A stretch of 64,000 nucleotides of DNA, from positions 9,518,209 through 9,582,208 of the forward strand of contig NW_002060943.1 in the NCBI RefSeq assembly GCF_000150275.1. The letters run 5' to 3'. The stretch comes from Trichoplax adhaerens (lineage: Eukaryota > Animalia > Placozoa). Positions 1 through 11,724 of this stretch are shown here, one piece after another. The notes under the pieces were generated by a model. That model had not been told where the DNA came from. It was given only the letters and a program-made list of their open reading frames with translations, and searched no databases. Position 1 is the stretch's first letter. Each line of letters begins with the position of its first letter. Made by a program: the position numbers and the translations under genes.

Positions 1-50
1 CATAATCATAATGTGAAATGTAATGCAAATACAGTGGTTGTAATTAAACC

Positions 51-636
51 ATCCAGATAGTTGTATATATAGTATTGTAAAATACAGGAATTTGACTGAA
101 ATTTAAACGCGTGCTTGATATCAAAATTTCTGAAACTACTGCATGCAATTCAGCATGCACACCTAGAGCCTAGAATAGATTCCGAGGTATTTATCGTAAA
201 CATGGTAATTATAATCGAATCATCCAGATAGTTGTATAGCATTGTAAAGTACAAGAATCTGACTGAAATTTAAACACATACTTGATGTCAAAATTTCTGT
301 AACTACTGCATGCAATTCAGCATGCACACCTAGAGCCTAGAATAGATTCCGAGGTATTTATCGTAAACATGGTAATTATAATCGAATCATCCAGATAGTT
401 GTATAGCATTGTAAAATACAAGAATCTGACTGAAATTTAAACGCATACTTGATGTCAAAATTTCCATAACTACTGCATGCAATTCAGCATGCACACCTAG
501 AGCCTAGAATAGATTCCGCGGTATTTATCGTAAATATGGTAATTATAATCGAATCATCCAGATAATTGTATAGTAATTCAGCGTACACAACTGGAGCCTA
601 GAATAGATTCCACGGTATTTATCGTAAACATGGTAA
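51..636. repeat. Tandem repeat with a 167-bp unit (3 full copies plus an internally deleted fourth)
   Basis: Unit start ATCCAGATA recurs at 51, 222, 389 and 556. Copies share GCATGCAATTCAGCATGCACACCTAGAGCCTAGAATAGATTCC and GTATTTATCGTAAA-ATGGTAA. The fourth copy lacks the middle of the unit. Confidence 0.95.
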
Positions 637-856
637 ATAGGGTTTACTGTTAATAGAGTATTTAAGATTACACTCAATCGAACACAAAAGTACTTGCGTC
701 AGGTTGCAACTCCACCGAGTACAGCATTAACTGTCAATTAGAATAACCATCTTAACAGCAGCATAATTATTAACCAATCCTTAAGAATTGATCATTCTAT
801 ATTGATAGTAATATTTTCATGTTGATTCCATTTATCCATTGCTGCGTCATAATTAC

Positions 857-1015
857 CGCAAAAAGACTGGTCATGTACACTGTATAATTGTCTACCTCTT
901 CTACATCATATCTATATTCAGAATAAATTTCTTCCCACGTGGTATTGCTTGCAATTGACTTACATATGAAGATGAATACCAAGTGCAAAACAGCGAGAAA
1001 ACGTTTCCATGTCAT
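857..1015 (-). CDS. Putative first exon of a secreted or membrane protein (signal peptide), probably continuing leftwards
   Basis: ATG at 1015 gives MTWKRFLAVLHLVFIFICKSIA-SNTTWEEIYSEYRYDVEEVDNYTVYMTSLFA: basic n-region, hydrophobic core, S-I-A cleavage site and two N-glycosylation sequons. It ends at a phase-0 donor GCG|GTAATT. Downstream exons not identified. Confidence 0.35.
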
Positions 1016-1518
1016 ATGGTTACATACCAAGCATATTATTAACTACGAATCATGCATTTCATCATTTATTAACATTACGTCGAAATGTATTACGTGGCTT
1101 TTACATACTAACATTTTCAAATATATTATCTGAAATTCAAGACCCGTTTAATTAATGCCATCTTTGCATTTTCTGAACGCCCCAACTTAAAATGCATAAG
1201 ATCTCACAGACGATCATAATTGACAAGTGTGGTATACTATACCTACATACGTTCAGTATATAGATAATTTAAAAACAAATTATTGTCATCGATCTACACA
1301 AGTATGGATACAATAACATTCTCGTTCTTATGTCATGCTAAGAGCAAATTATTATAAGCTACTAGCTGAAATAAGAATAAGCTGTTGAGAAAAAATAGAC
1401 ATACGAAATATTTCATTCGAATATTAAACTTTATTCTAAACCAGTTACATAAGTATCGATTTGTTAGAATGCAAATTACAGCATTTAGTACAGTATTAAC
1501 TGTTCATTTGCCGTATAC

Positions 1519-4500
1519 TTACTGCTTCGGCGATAATTCTCTTAATGATACTAATACAGAGGATATAATAGCAGCACAATCATGAGCTGCTGCTAACTGA
1601 AATTCTGCAAATTTTAATAATTCATCTTTGACATCTCGGGACCGTGCATGACTGAAGCGTTTCAACTGCATGTAAATCAAAGAATTTTGTTATATAGCAA
1701 AATATTAATAGAAATTTTGCTTGTAATTGTATAGTTATCAAAATATGCACCTCATTCTTTGCAGTTTCTGTGGTTTGTTCATAGGCATCCTTTGTTTCCT
1801 TTCGCTTCGCTTCCGCCTTGAAATACAGTATCAGAGTATTAATTTTACGATAAGGTATAACCTTTACAAGCGCAGCACAGTTTATAAGTATTAGTTTAAG
1901 TTCTGAATCTTACAACCAGGCTAGAAATCGACTACAGCAATCAGCTCAATATTTCAAACTCGCTTAATAACGCTACTTGAAACGCATATTTGCGCTTGTA
2001 AATTCTACCAGCTATACTAGTAATAATACTACTAAGTAATATCAAAATTAACTTTAAATAAAAGAACTGATCAAATTTGGTCTGGCATTCATGAAGTATG
2101 AAAAATATTCTGATAATCACATAGGATTTAATTTTAATTTAGATTTTATAATCTTAGATCGAAGATTGACATAGTTGAGTATCATATATGTCACTAATAC
2201 CGTTGGACTATGTAATTACGAAAATTTTTCTTATCCTCAGTGTATGAATAAGTACAGTAATGGTTTGAATGGCCCAATCTTAGAGCATAAGCGTTAATAG
2301 TCTTGTACTTATACTAGCGGCAAGCAACTTAACAAGGAACTGAGTCTTAAGCATTTCATTTCGCTAGCGAGGCGCCTGCAATATTCATAAATGGCTATCA
2401 TATAAATATTAGCAGTTTCAAGAAATGGTATAGTCTTGCATGAGCTGTTTCAACTGTAGCGACACTGCCGGCCTACCTTCCAATAAGTTACGTAATATTC
2501 CCGACTCACTGATTCCTGATATTTGGGCTTTGCTTTCTCATGGATTCTTAATGCAGAATCGTAATCAATCATTCTGATCGTTCTTCTGTATAGCATGTTC
2601 TGTTTAATTTACCATTACAACAATAAAAAATTTATAGCTAATAGGAATTGCAATGCAGTACGTACTAAATGTCACAAAATATTCAAAAGGAAGCCGTATT
2701 ACATGTACATTCCTCCAGTAAATCTATTATTACAATTTATATAAGTTGCAAACTGTAGTTACTTTTGCTTCTTCACAATAGTCAGCGTAATAATTCAAAA
2801 TTACTCCGAGATTCATTTCACTGCTGTGGCATCCCACATCGATTGCTTCCTGTATCGATAAAAGAGCGATTGAAGCTATTTCCTTACTATCAATTCAAAA
2901 TTAACATACGTTTACCTTACAAAAATTTAAACATTCGCCGAAAGACTGGATTAATTTCCTGTATGTCAGAAAGTGCTCATTAAAAATAACCTGTAATCAT
3001 TTTAGGAAATCATAACAGATCAAGAAAGCATAGCCAATTACGTACCATCCTGAGTTTTCATTTCCAACTAGTTTAGTTCCTGCACGAACCACCCTACTTG
3101 CTAAAGTTATCACAGCAACAGCTGTTTCTATATTACAAACTCCAGTTAGATAAATCACACATGCACGTCGCTTATTATTAATTTGTCTTTACGAAAAGAA
3201 ACTCTTACTTCTCTGTGTTCGGATAAGCTGGGAAAATGACTGCATCAGAAATAAAAATGAACTAATTAAAATAAATGGAATTAACAGTGAATATAAAGTT
3301 CTCCAACATTACGATACTTGGTTGGCATTTTTCCAATAAATGCATGCATTATTTATAGCATTGCGATATTGACGAAAGTCAGGTTCTCTGTCCTAAACCA
3401 AATGAAACTCATCAGAAATTTAGAATGTACAGCCTTATTAATAATCAAAGGGTAAGGAGTAATAATAATACGAGAAACCTTCGGAAAGGTGCTTCTTTCG
3501 TCGCATATATACATTTATACAGTCATGCAACAATATAAACAATATTGCATATAGTAGTTGCTACTTACTTTATGGCTTTGATGCCGTAGATCAGTAATCA
3601 ACTTTACCATATTACCAATAAACCGCTTTTTAAAGGGAAATCTTTCCGGTGTCTAACATGAATTCATATTTGGTGGATAAGTAATGATATTCCAAACTAT
3701 ACAAAACGTCAGGATAGTTATTGTATGACGTTCTCAGAACGTTAACTTATTCAATGTTGTACCTCTTGCTCAGTGAGAAAATATTCAACATGGCTGTCCT
3801 GCGCTAAATAAGGATGACAAGCTACCTTATTAAGAAATCTATAATATAACAATATTATCACTTTATCAGAAGGTTTATAATTGCTGTACAAAAAAACCAA
3901 GGCTTCTAACTTAAAATATGCCATCAAAGATCTAAAATGGAGAAAATATATTTCCCAAACACGAAAATATTATATTGTATGAATAAAAATTTATCAAGGC
4001 TAATACTAACAATTGTAACTTTCTACAATCTAAAGTCGTAGCTTCCGCTTCTCCTACATCAGTCCTTTGGCGAAGTCCTATAAGAATATGAAGCAATGTT
4101 TTCAGAACTTTATACGGCAATCAAGCTGAATGATTACATAATGCTAAATTATCATACAAGATAAAAATGTTTTTATGAGTTATCGCTGTGATAAATACCC
4201 GCCATTATCCTTCTTGCCTCTAATTCACTGTTGCCTACTTTATCTGGTACCGGGGGCATCTTGAAATTGCAATAGCAATGAATCGAAATTACACAGTGGT
4301 TCTAATACAAGCTATAACATTTTACCCTTTCATTTGATCAGGGCAGTTTGCTAGTAGTAATAATTCATAATAGTGTCCATAGAAATTACAGAGTATATTA
4401 TACGTGTATCAATACTTACAATGATTCCACCTATATCATTCCCTGTGGATAAATGATGGTAAAGCCATTGGAAGTCTTTATACTGTCTAGTTACACAAGC

Positions 4501-5565
4501 TTCTATGCTATGATCGCTATTAGGTTCATTGCTATCAGATTTACTTGGCATTTTCTAATAATTCATTGAATCCAATGCAAAAAGCAAAATTGAGTAGCAA
4601 AATTGAGTATTTGGTCCGTAGATGCGAGTATCATAGTCGTCAGTGTAATTGAAATGTAATCTAAAAGGATGGCACACATAATTTACGTGTATATGTCATA
4701 CATACGCGTATAATGAAAAAGTGAACGTAAACTTGATTTGTACACGGTTCAAGTAGATAAATGGACAAGATAGTACTTGATTTTTAATTCAATTTTATAG
4801 CACAGTACCAACTAATTTACGGTCGATAATTTTGCATGATATCAACACCAATCGAGGAATGGAGGAACTCGAAGGTATTAATAGTTTATATTTCGTCTTC
4901 TCGAAAAACGAATAGCTTTAACGAAACAATTTACCGTTATTTTACGCCGTTAATTTAGGCAAAAATAACGTTGCAAGTTGATAGTTACTGTACATTACTG
5001 TAACCAATTATCGATCAGTGCGACGCCACTACGTTGCTCCTTCGACTTTGAGTATAATATAAATGATACTACTGTATTTTAGGAGTCTAGATAGTAGAGC
5101 GAGAAGACTATTTTACAAGTACGAGCAGTACTCCTTCAAGATCGCATTAGAGGCATGTTTTTCTCGATCTGTGATTGTTATTGGATTCATTTATCAGGCA
5201 CATTATCTAATGATAACTATAGATAGATTGCATTACTGTTATTTATTCACTAAATGCATCGATTTTGTATTCATTGATTCTTAATCAATTAGGAGAAATA
5301 ACATAGCAAGCCAGCGACTACTATTGCTCTCTAATGACGATAGTACTTTAGCTAGTTACAGGGTTATCGTCTATCGCCACAGTGCACTACGACAATGATG
5401 ATGATGTACGTCTCGAGCATACTGCATATTAAAATACATCCATGTTATGTAGGGAATATTCCCCTTGTAGGATTACGATACCATACTCACTATTGATTTA
5501 ATACGATAGAAAATGTTGTCGCCATTGCGAGATACATCTTCACTTGGTATCGAGATGATCCACAT
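1519..5565 (-). CDS. Sorting nexin, SNX5/SNX6/SNX32-like PX-BAR protein (multi-exon)
   Basis: Exons: MWIISIPSEDVSRNGDNIFYRIKSI (5565-5491); PX core VTRQYKDFQWLYHHL...GGII; FLNKVACHPYL; BAR NMLYRRTIRMIDYDSA; last exon LKRFSHARSRDVKDELLKFAEFQL...PKQ* (stop 1519-1521). These parallel SNX5/6 motifs. A short upstream exon is possible (AG just 5' of the ATG). Confidence 0.85.
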
Positions 5566-5851
5566 TTTCCACTATTGGAAATTGACGGAAAGGCAGATTT
5601 TCAAAATGGTCAAAAATGCGGTATTGGCAATCCCGCGTCCTCTACAGTATGTAGCCAGCAGGCGGGCAGCAGCGTTTTCCCTACATGTTGCATATTGTAC
5701 AGCACCGTAGTGCAGCAATGTTTTCATATGACGTAGAGACCTCAAAATATGGTCCAGTACTGTATGTATAGTTCCATGTATACTATAGTTGTCAACGTTT
5801 AGAAAGGCTGAAGAATGTATTTCTAGTAGTCGACTATTAAACCCAGCAATT

Positions 5852-6082
5852 TAGCCCTAACTTTTTTGCATCAAGTACTTTGTAAACTTCGTTTCAGCTG
5901 CTGATACATTTGGCATGTACTGACCTATCTAAAAAATAAAAGTTAAGAAATCGTCCAATCTCACGCGACGCAAATCAAATTTCTTGATTTTTTTTTTTAG
6001 ATAGGTCAATACATGTCAAATGTATCAGTAGGACAGGTTAAACAAAGTATACAAAGTAATTGATGCAAAATGGTTAGGGCTA
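5852..6082. mobile_element. Foldback / MITE-like element with ~100-bp inverted arms and TA ends
   Basis: Left arm 5852-5951 (TAGCCCTAAC...CTGATACATTTGGCATGTACTGACCTATCTAAAAA...AAGAAAT) is the imperfect reverse complement of right arm 5979-6082 (ATTTCTT...TTTTAGATAGGTCAATACATGTCAAATGTATCAG...GTTAGGGCTA). The spacer is 27 nt. Confidence 0.75.
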
Positions 6083-6097
6083 CCTAGCATATCATGA

Positions 6098-6141
6098 ACT
6101 AGCAAAACCCGTGGAATTTACTAATTACGAGTTTTGCTAGT
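6098..6141. repeat. Short inverted repeat (15-bp arms, 1 mismatch)
   Basis: ACTAGCAAAACCCGT (6098-6112) versus ACGAGTTTTGCTAGT (6127-6141). Confidence 0.7.
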
Positions 6142-7337
6142 AGTTTATTTTATTATTAATCGGATTTATGACTAGCAGACTACCCGTTCAAAGGAGAGGA
6201 ATTAAACTTTAAAGCAAACACATGAATATGTTGACTAATTACTGAAACAGATAATTCAAACGAGCAACAAGATACCATCGGTACCTCCTTAGAAGCTTAG
6301 TACAGAACAAGTTTATAGATGTCAGAAATTGCCATTTGACACATCGTATCATTGATCTATTGTATACTAAGCTCATAGTGCGCTACCTGTGATATCTCGT
6401 TCCCTTTAATCATCTATTTGTTATCCTGGAATGAGTATTTATGGATATATATGTCATTTACTGTATACTGTACAGTATTGACATAATGTCATCGCGAGTT
6501 GGCTAGTGTACTCCACCACATATAAAAAGTGAAATTATGTCACGAAAGGGGATGTTTCATTGCTTTCGAATTTAAAGTGTAACTTTGATTTATGTTAATG
6601 GAATTGATCCAGTTCAGTTTATCTCCATAGATCTATGTGTTAGTACACTCCAGAATGTCTACAGTAGACATCTAGAGATCTCTGCGTATATGAATTTTTA
6701 GATCACAAACATCTGTGATATTCTTTTCTCCAATTGGACACCCGTTATAATTTACTGATTTTGCTATACATAAAGTGTATTGTGCGCTAATAGCCTCTGT
6801 CGTTTTGCATAGAACTCGTTTTACACCTGCCTGAAGCAGTCTTACTATCTCTTACAGGTGTATTATGGTTATAATTATTACGCAGAATAGTATACATTAA
6901 AATGTCGATGGGTACTATTCCATTTCAGTAAGTGCATTATGTATTAATGCATCTGTAGGACTGTTTCGGTGAAGTATACAACGAATTTAATGCAAAATTA
7001 CAAAGCAGCGATGTTACTAACGCCATTCCAATATCTTATAGTGATATCATGGAAGGTGCTCCACAGTTTCAGCATGTAATCTGAGATATCAAGTGCATAC
7101 TATATAATATTTAGGAAGGATCTTGTATTTTTTTTGCCCAAAATATTTTAAGTTAAATGTGCTTATGCCTATACTTGTGTTCTGTACATCTCGACGACTG
7201 CAGAGCAGGTGTGTATTAATATGCGAATATACGAATTTTTAGCTATTTTTCTCACATTGATTTTATGATGCAAACTATAGTTCTGGAAGAAAGAGGGGAT
7301 AGACTAAAACTCCGAACTGTTCCGAATTTTAGTCGAT

Positions 7338-7556
7338 CCCGAAAGAGGGAGAGACTGTCAACGACTTTGGTCGCTAGAAAATGTGCAGGCTGACTATTTC
7401 TGAACTCATTTCAAAGTATTCCGTACATATAAAACCGTACATTGTACTATTTATGGCTACGCCTTGAGGTAGCTACCAAGTTGCTTGCACAGTAAAATAG
7501 TCAGCTTCTACGTTTTTTCAATGAAAATCGTTGACAGTCGCTCTCTCTCTTTAGGG
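7338..7556. mobile_element. Second MITE-like element with imperfect terminal inverted repeats
   Basis: CCCGAAAGAGGGAGAGACTGTCAACGA...GCTGACTATTT on the left pairs with AAATAGTCAGC...TCGTTGACAGTCGCTCTCTCTCTTTAGGG on the right. Confidence 0.6.
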
Positions 7557-7568
7557 TTAGGGTTAGGG
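7551..7568 (+). repeat. Interstitial telomeric repeat (TTAGGG)3
   Basis: TTAGGGTTAGGGTTAGGG read directly, followed by CTACTGTACTGTACTGTAG. Confidence 0.85.
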
Positions 7569-7787
7569 CTACTGTACTGTACTGTAGATCATTCATAAAT
7601 GGGGATATAACGGTCAGTGATACTTTCATTATTTATGGACTTAAGAGCAAGTTTAACTTTCTAACTTTACCAGATTCAGATTTTTCAGAATCTCTCCATC
7701 AATCTAATATATCATTCTATTATAGCTTTACTGTATTTTTAAAGAAAAATATTTGCCCGAAAGTGACAAAATGTTATGAAACACCCT

Positions 7788-7900
7788 CAGTACAGTACAA
7801 TGTACAGTACACTTTTCTACAGTATATTTGAGTATCAAGTACTGAAGATTACGAAGATTACTACAGTACTGTAGGCTATAGAATGTACTGTACACTGTAC
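7788..7900. repeat. CAGTA/TACTG-rich low-complexity block upstream of NSUN5
   Basis: CAGTACAGTACAATGTACAGTAC...CTACAGTACTGTAG...GTACTGTACACTGTAC. Confidence 0.7.
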
Positions 7901-8582
7901 ATTCGTATTCTATCTGTCTATGCTGCATACCGGGTCGGACAGACGGACTTATATGACCGGAAAATATGGAGAAATAAATTAGTTACTGTACTGTAGTATG
8001 GATCTTCCATGTCTGCGAAATCACTGGTACTAATTTAAATAGCGTCTATGATCTTATAGAACTATTTTGAAGCAGAACTTTGTAATAGACTAAAAGGTTC
8101 AATGTAATATTACTTAATTGAGAAAACATCAGTCAATTCAAAATCGACCGTCTTCATACTACAGTAAAGTAGTGCCATAACGAAGTATCTAGTCGATGAG
8201 ACCGAAAATATCTGTCCATCCAAGAGTGATCAGTCAGTCCACGGTGGACTCCAAAGTCCAAAGCTCCAAACCACTTTCCAGTACAGTTAGTTCCACCTGT
8301 CGATGGTTTTATTTATTCAACAAGTGTGAACACTGGCACAATATGCATATGAGTCAAGTCTACTTTACTATCATCGTGAGTCTGATACAGCGTTGTACCA
8401 GCTATAGAGCAGCATATGCGTCGAGGTTCTCTTTTGTGTGCAAAGGAAAAGATGAACCAGTCATTAACGTAACTGTAAATTAATTCTAAAATTGTTCAAT
8501 TAGAAGAATTTATAAGAATGAGAGATCACTTAACAAAGTAGCGCTTAGGTTAAGTAAGCTTCCATCCAGACAGCTAAGCTAA

Positions 8583-11571
8583 ATGGAGAAACACAGTGTT
8601 AAGCAGTCTGCTGGAGCACTTTACCTAGAATCAGCTAGGATACTAAAGAGGATTGAAAAAAAATTGGGTTGCGCTAAGGGACTTATTTATGGCAGCAAAT
8701 TTGGCGATAAGAGGAAATTATATGCTATCATTTATGAAGTACTTAAATGTAGGCATAAAATTATCGTAATAATTTAGTACATTTTAATTTATGGTTGCAA
8801 GAATGATATGGATTGGCTTAATATAGCTATAGTTGATGCAAAATCAATATAATGCATACAGTACGATTGACTGCAGTTTGGTTACAAAGTACTATACTGT
8901 AGCTAATTTTGCAGATCTGCTATAGCGTATTAGTTATATGTGAATGTAATTAATGCTAAGTATCATAATCAATTTATTAAGATAATTTTACACAACGTCA
9001 CCTAATACTACCATGCTTAACGAATTCCAGATCGGGAAGTTATAAATGAAATTATCGTCCAATCTCGGTTGATGGCGTACGAAAAGGTATTATAATTCTA
9101 TTTTATATTGTTGCTGCTAAGATGAGTAATAACGGAATAACTAAGCTACGTATTGTAGTTCTCTTAATTTTGACCAACATTACAACTATATATGCTACTG
9201 TGAAATGGAAATACAATAGGTATATTACATCTTGATTACAAGTGCTGTTTAGTTTTGGTATTATGATATTGCATATATCCGATACGACACAACTAATATT
9301 CATTCCATAATTAATTGGAAAAATCGAGCAAGGACTGTGATACCCTTCATGCTTTTACGCGTTGATCTCAATTTACTGTGTACAGTATACCAAACTGATT
9401 AGAATACGGTAGGATGCGGAACTTTAGTCTAGTGTAATACCTAAATTACGTTATACGTACAGTAGTATATATGTACAGTACAGTGTAAATTATGCTGTGC
9501 TGGTATTATAAACTAGTCCCAAAATATTGACAACTTCCATCAACGCAATCGAATCTAATTGCATCCAAGTTGAATACATCCGCATCAACTTGACCTTTAA
9601 CTTTATGATACGCGATTAATTTTCTGGTTTTGCCCGAGTCAATTACAGCTGGAGAATGAAAGCTTCTAAAATTATTTGTATTCCGTAGTATGCTACGGCT
9701 GATAGAAGCTCATAACAAAATCTTCTTCACAAACAATTATACTCTTCGTTCTTTATCACCATTAGATAGAGTGGCACTTAGCACAAGTTCTAGTGTATGA
9801 TTTATGTTTTGGACGCGGGATTAGATGCGGTGGAAAACTAAAATTTATAATTATCAGGCAACGAGATAGACTTCGCTCTGCGTTGGATCGTATCATGTCT
9901 TGTAGACAAGCTGTACGAAAGGAAGACCTTGCATCCTCAAGTTCGATCATGGCAAGTAATACCAATTTTTATTACTTGAAGCAAATTATAATAAGTAGAC
10001 TTATGTGTGATATGTGATACATACAAAATTATTTTTATACTCTTTCAGGTGGAATTCCTCGATATGTACGCGTTAATACCTTAAAAATGACTAAAGTAAA
10101 AGCTATCGAGCGTTTTATCGCAAACGGATTTCAATATATTCCAAGTGATTTAGTATACAATGCTGGCACTGTTGACATTACAAAACTAAGGGAGAAGATA
10201 TTTACATCAGATATACATATCGAAAATTTACTGGTTTTACCCCCTAAAAGTGATTTGCATGATAACGAGATGTATTTAAATGGAGAAGTTGTACTCCAGG
10301 ACAAGGTAAACTGCGATTACATCTGATCTCCTTGTAAGTCTCGCTGAAAATGATCACAATGATTACTAACATCAAAGTGAATAAATCGTTATAACCTAGG
10401 CTAGTTGCATTCCCGCTTTTACTCTCAATCCACCTCCCCAATCATGTATTATTGATGCTTGTGCAGCACCAGGCAATAAGACTAGTCATCTGGCAAGTAT
10501 AATAGGCAATGTGGGAAAAATATATGCTTTTGACATTAGTCCGAATAGGATCAAAACTATGCGAGAATTACTAGATAAAGCTGGGGTTACCTGTGTAGAC
10601 CTCAAAAGACGAAATTTCTTAAATGTTGGTTCAACGATATTATCGAATAGTAAATAGCATGGTACTGCGTGTTTTTAATTTGCAAGTGTTACGGCTTCTT
10701 ACAGGTTAACGTAATGGAATATGAAGACGTAGAGTACATTCTCCTAGACCCATCTTGTTCAGGCTCCGGGATTGTCGATAGAGGTGATATTAATGCCGAG
10801 AGTAAAAAACTTTGTAATGCAAATAAGAATCGACTTCAATCTTTGGCCGACTTTCAGCTAAAGGCCTTAAAGCAGGCACTATCCTTTCCTTCTGTTAAGA
10901 AGGTCGTGTATTCTACATGTTCTATGAACGTTGAGGTAAGGCAATTACTGCATTCGTATACAGTATGACGTATTGCAGATAATCTGAGAAAACATAGGAA
11001 ATTTTTACAAATTTTAATTTCTTTATTTCAGCATGCTATGCATTACTAATTTATAATGTCAGTATCGATATAAATTTCAATTCCATAATATAATTTGTGG
11101 ATAAACGTGTATTAGACTTACAAGCATTGTGTCCAATACCATACAAACCACAGTTTGCGTTAATGTCAGAAATGAACGGCTACATACGTGTAACTGCATA
11201 CCAAGTAATTAGTGAATTTCTTTTATCAGGAAAATGAAGAAGTCGTCGAAGCAGCATTGAAAGTATTCGGTAATAAATACAAACTGATACCGGTACTAGA
11301 AGATTGGCCATATCGTGGGATGTCTGGTTACGCTCATTGGAAGTTCATGTTTAGATCATCCCCAAAAACATCCACTACGGGATTTTTTGTGGCTTTATTT
11401 TCAAGAATAACCGATCGGCAAACAAAATTAAATACTTTCTTTAAAAGGAAAGCTTCTTTTCATAGAAGCTTACTTGAAAACTACGATAGCAATACGAAAC
11501 GAAAGCGAAAGAAGATCAAACGCTTCCTTCGCTTTAAGCGAAAAAACATATCTAGTGATAAGGAGGCATAA
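8583..11571 (+). CDS. NSUN5: 28S rRNA cytosine-C5 methyltransferase NSUN5 (7 exons)
   Basis: N-terminus LYLESARIL...LYAIIYEVLK, then IPRYVRVNTLK, VLQDK|ASC, motif I DACAAPGNKTSHL, motif IV ILLDPSCSGSG, motif VI VYSTCS, ENEEVV and GFFVALF. GT-AG introns keep the frame. Confidence 0.95.
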
Positions 11572-11724
11572 TTTTAGACGATATTCTAAAATTTATTGAA
11601 ACAGCAAACCACTAAAATTGAAAGTTAATACTTTTAGTGTTGTAGTAAATTACTACATGGTGATGAAACATTAAACCACATTAACCAATTGATTATTGGT
11701 ACTTAAAAAATTACAAACTGGTGT

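Noticed and set aside
51-636. CRISPR-like array
   Set aside because: Whole units repeat with no unique spacers, there are no cas genes, and the context is eukaryotic.
4821-4837. Alternative sorting nexin start MQNYRP with GTAAAT donor
   Set aside because: Leads into a stop-containing frame. The exon at 5565-5491 supplies the expected PX N-terminus.
9952-9957. Apparent GC-AG donor (ATG|GCAAGT) in NSUN5
   Set aside because: That phase breaks the frame. The GT donor 4 nt downstream (GCAA|GTAATA) restores GIPRYVRVNT.
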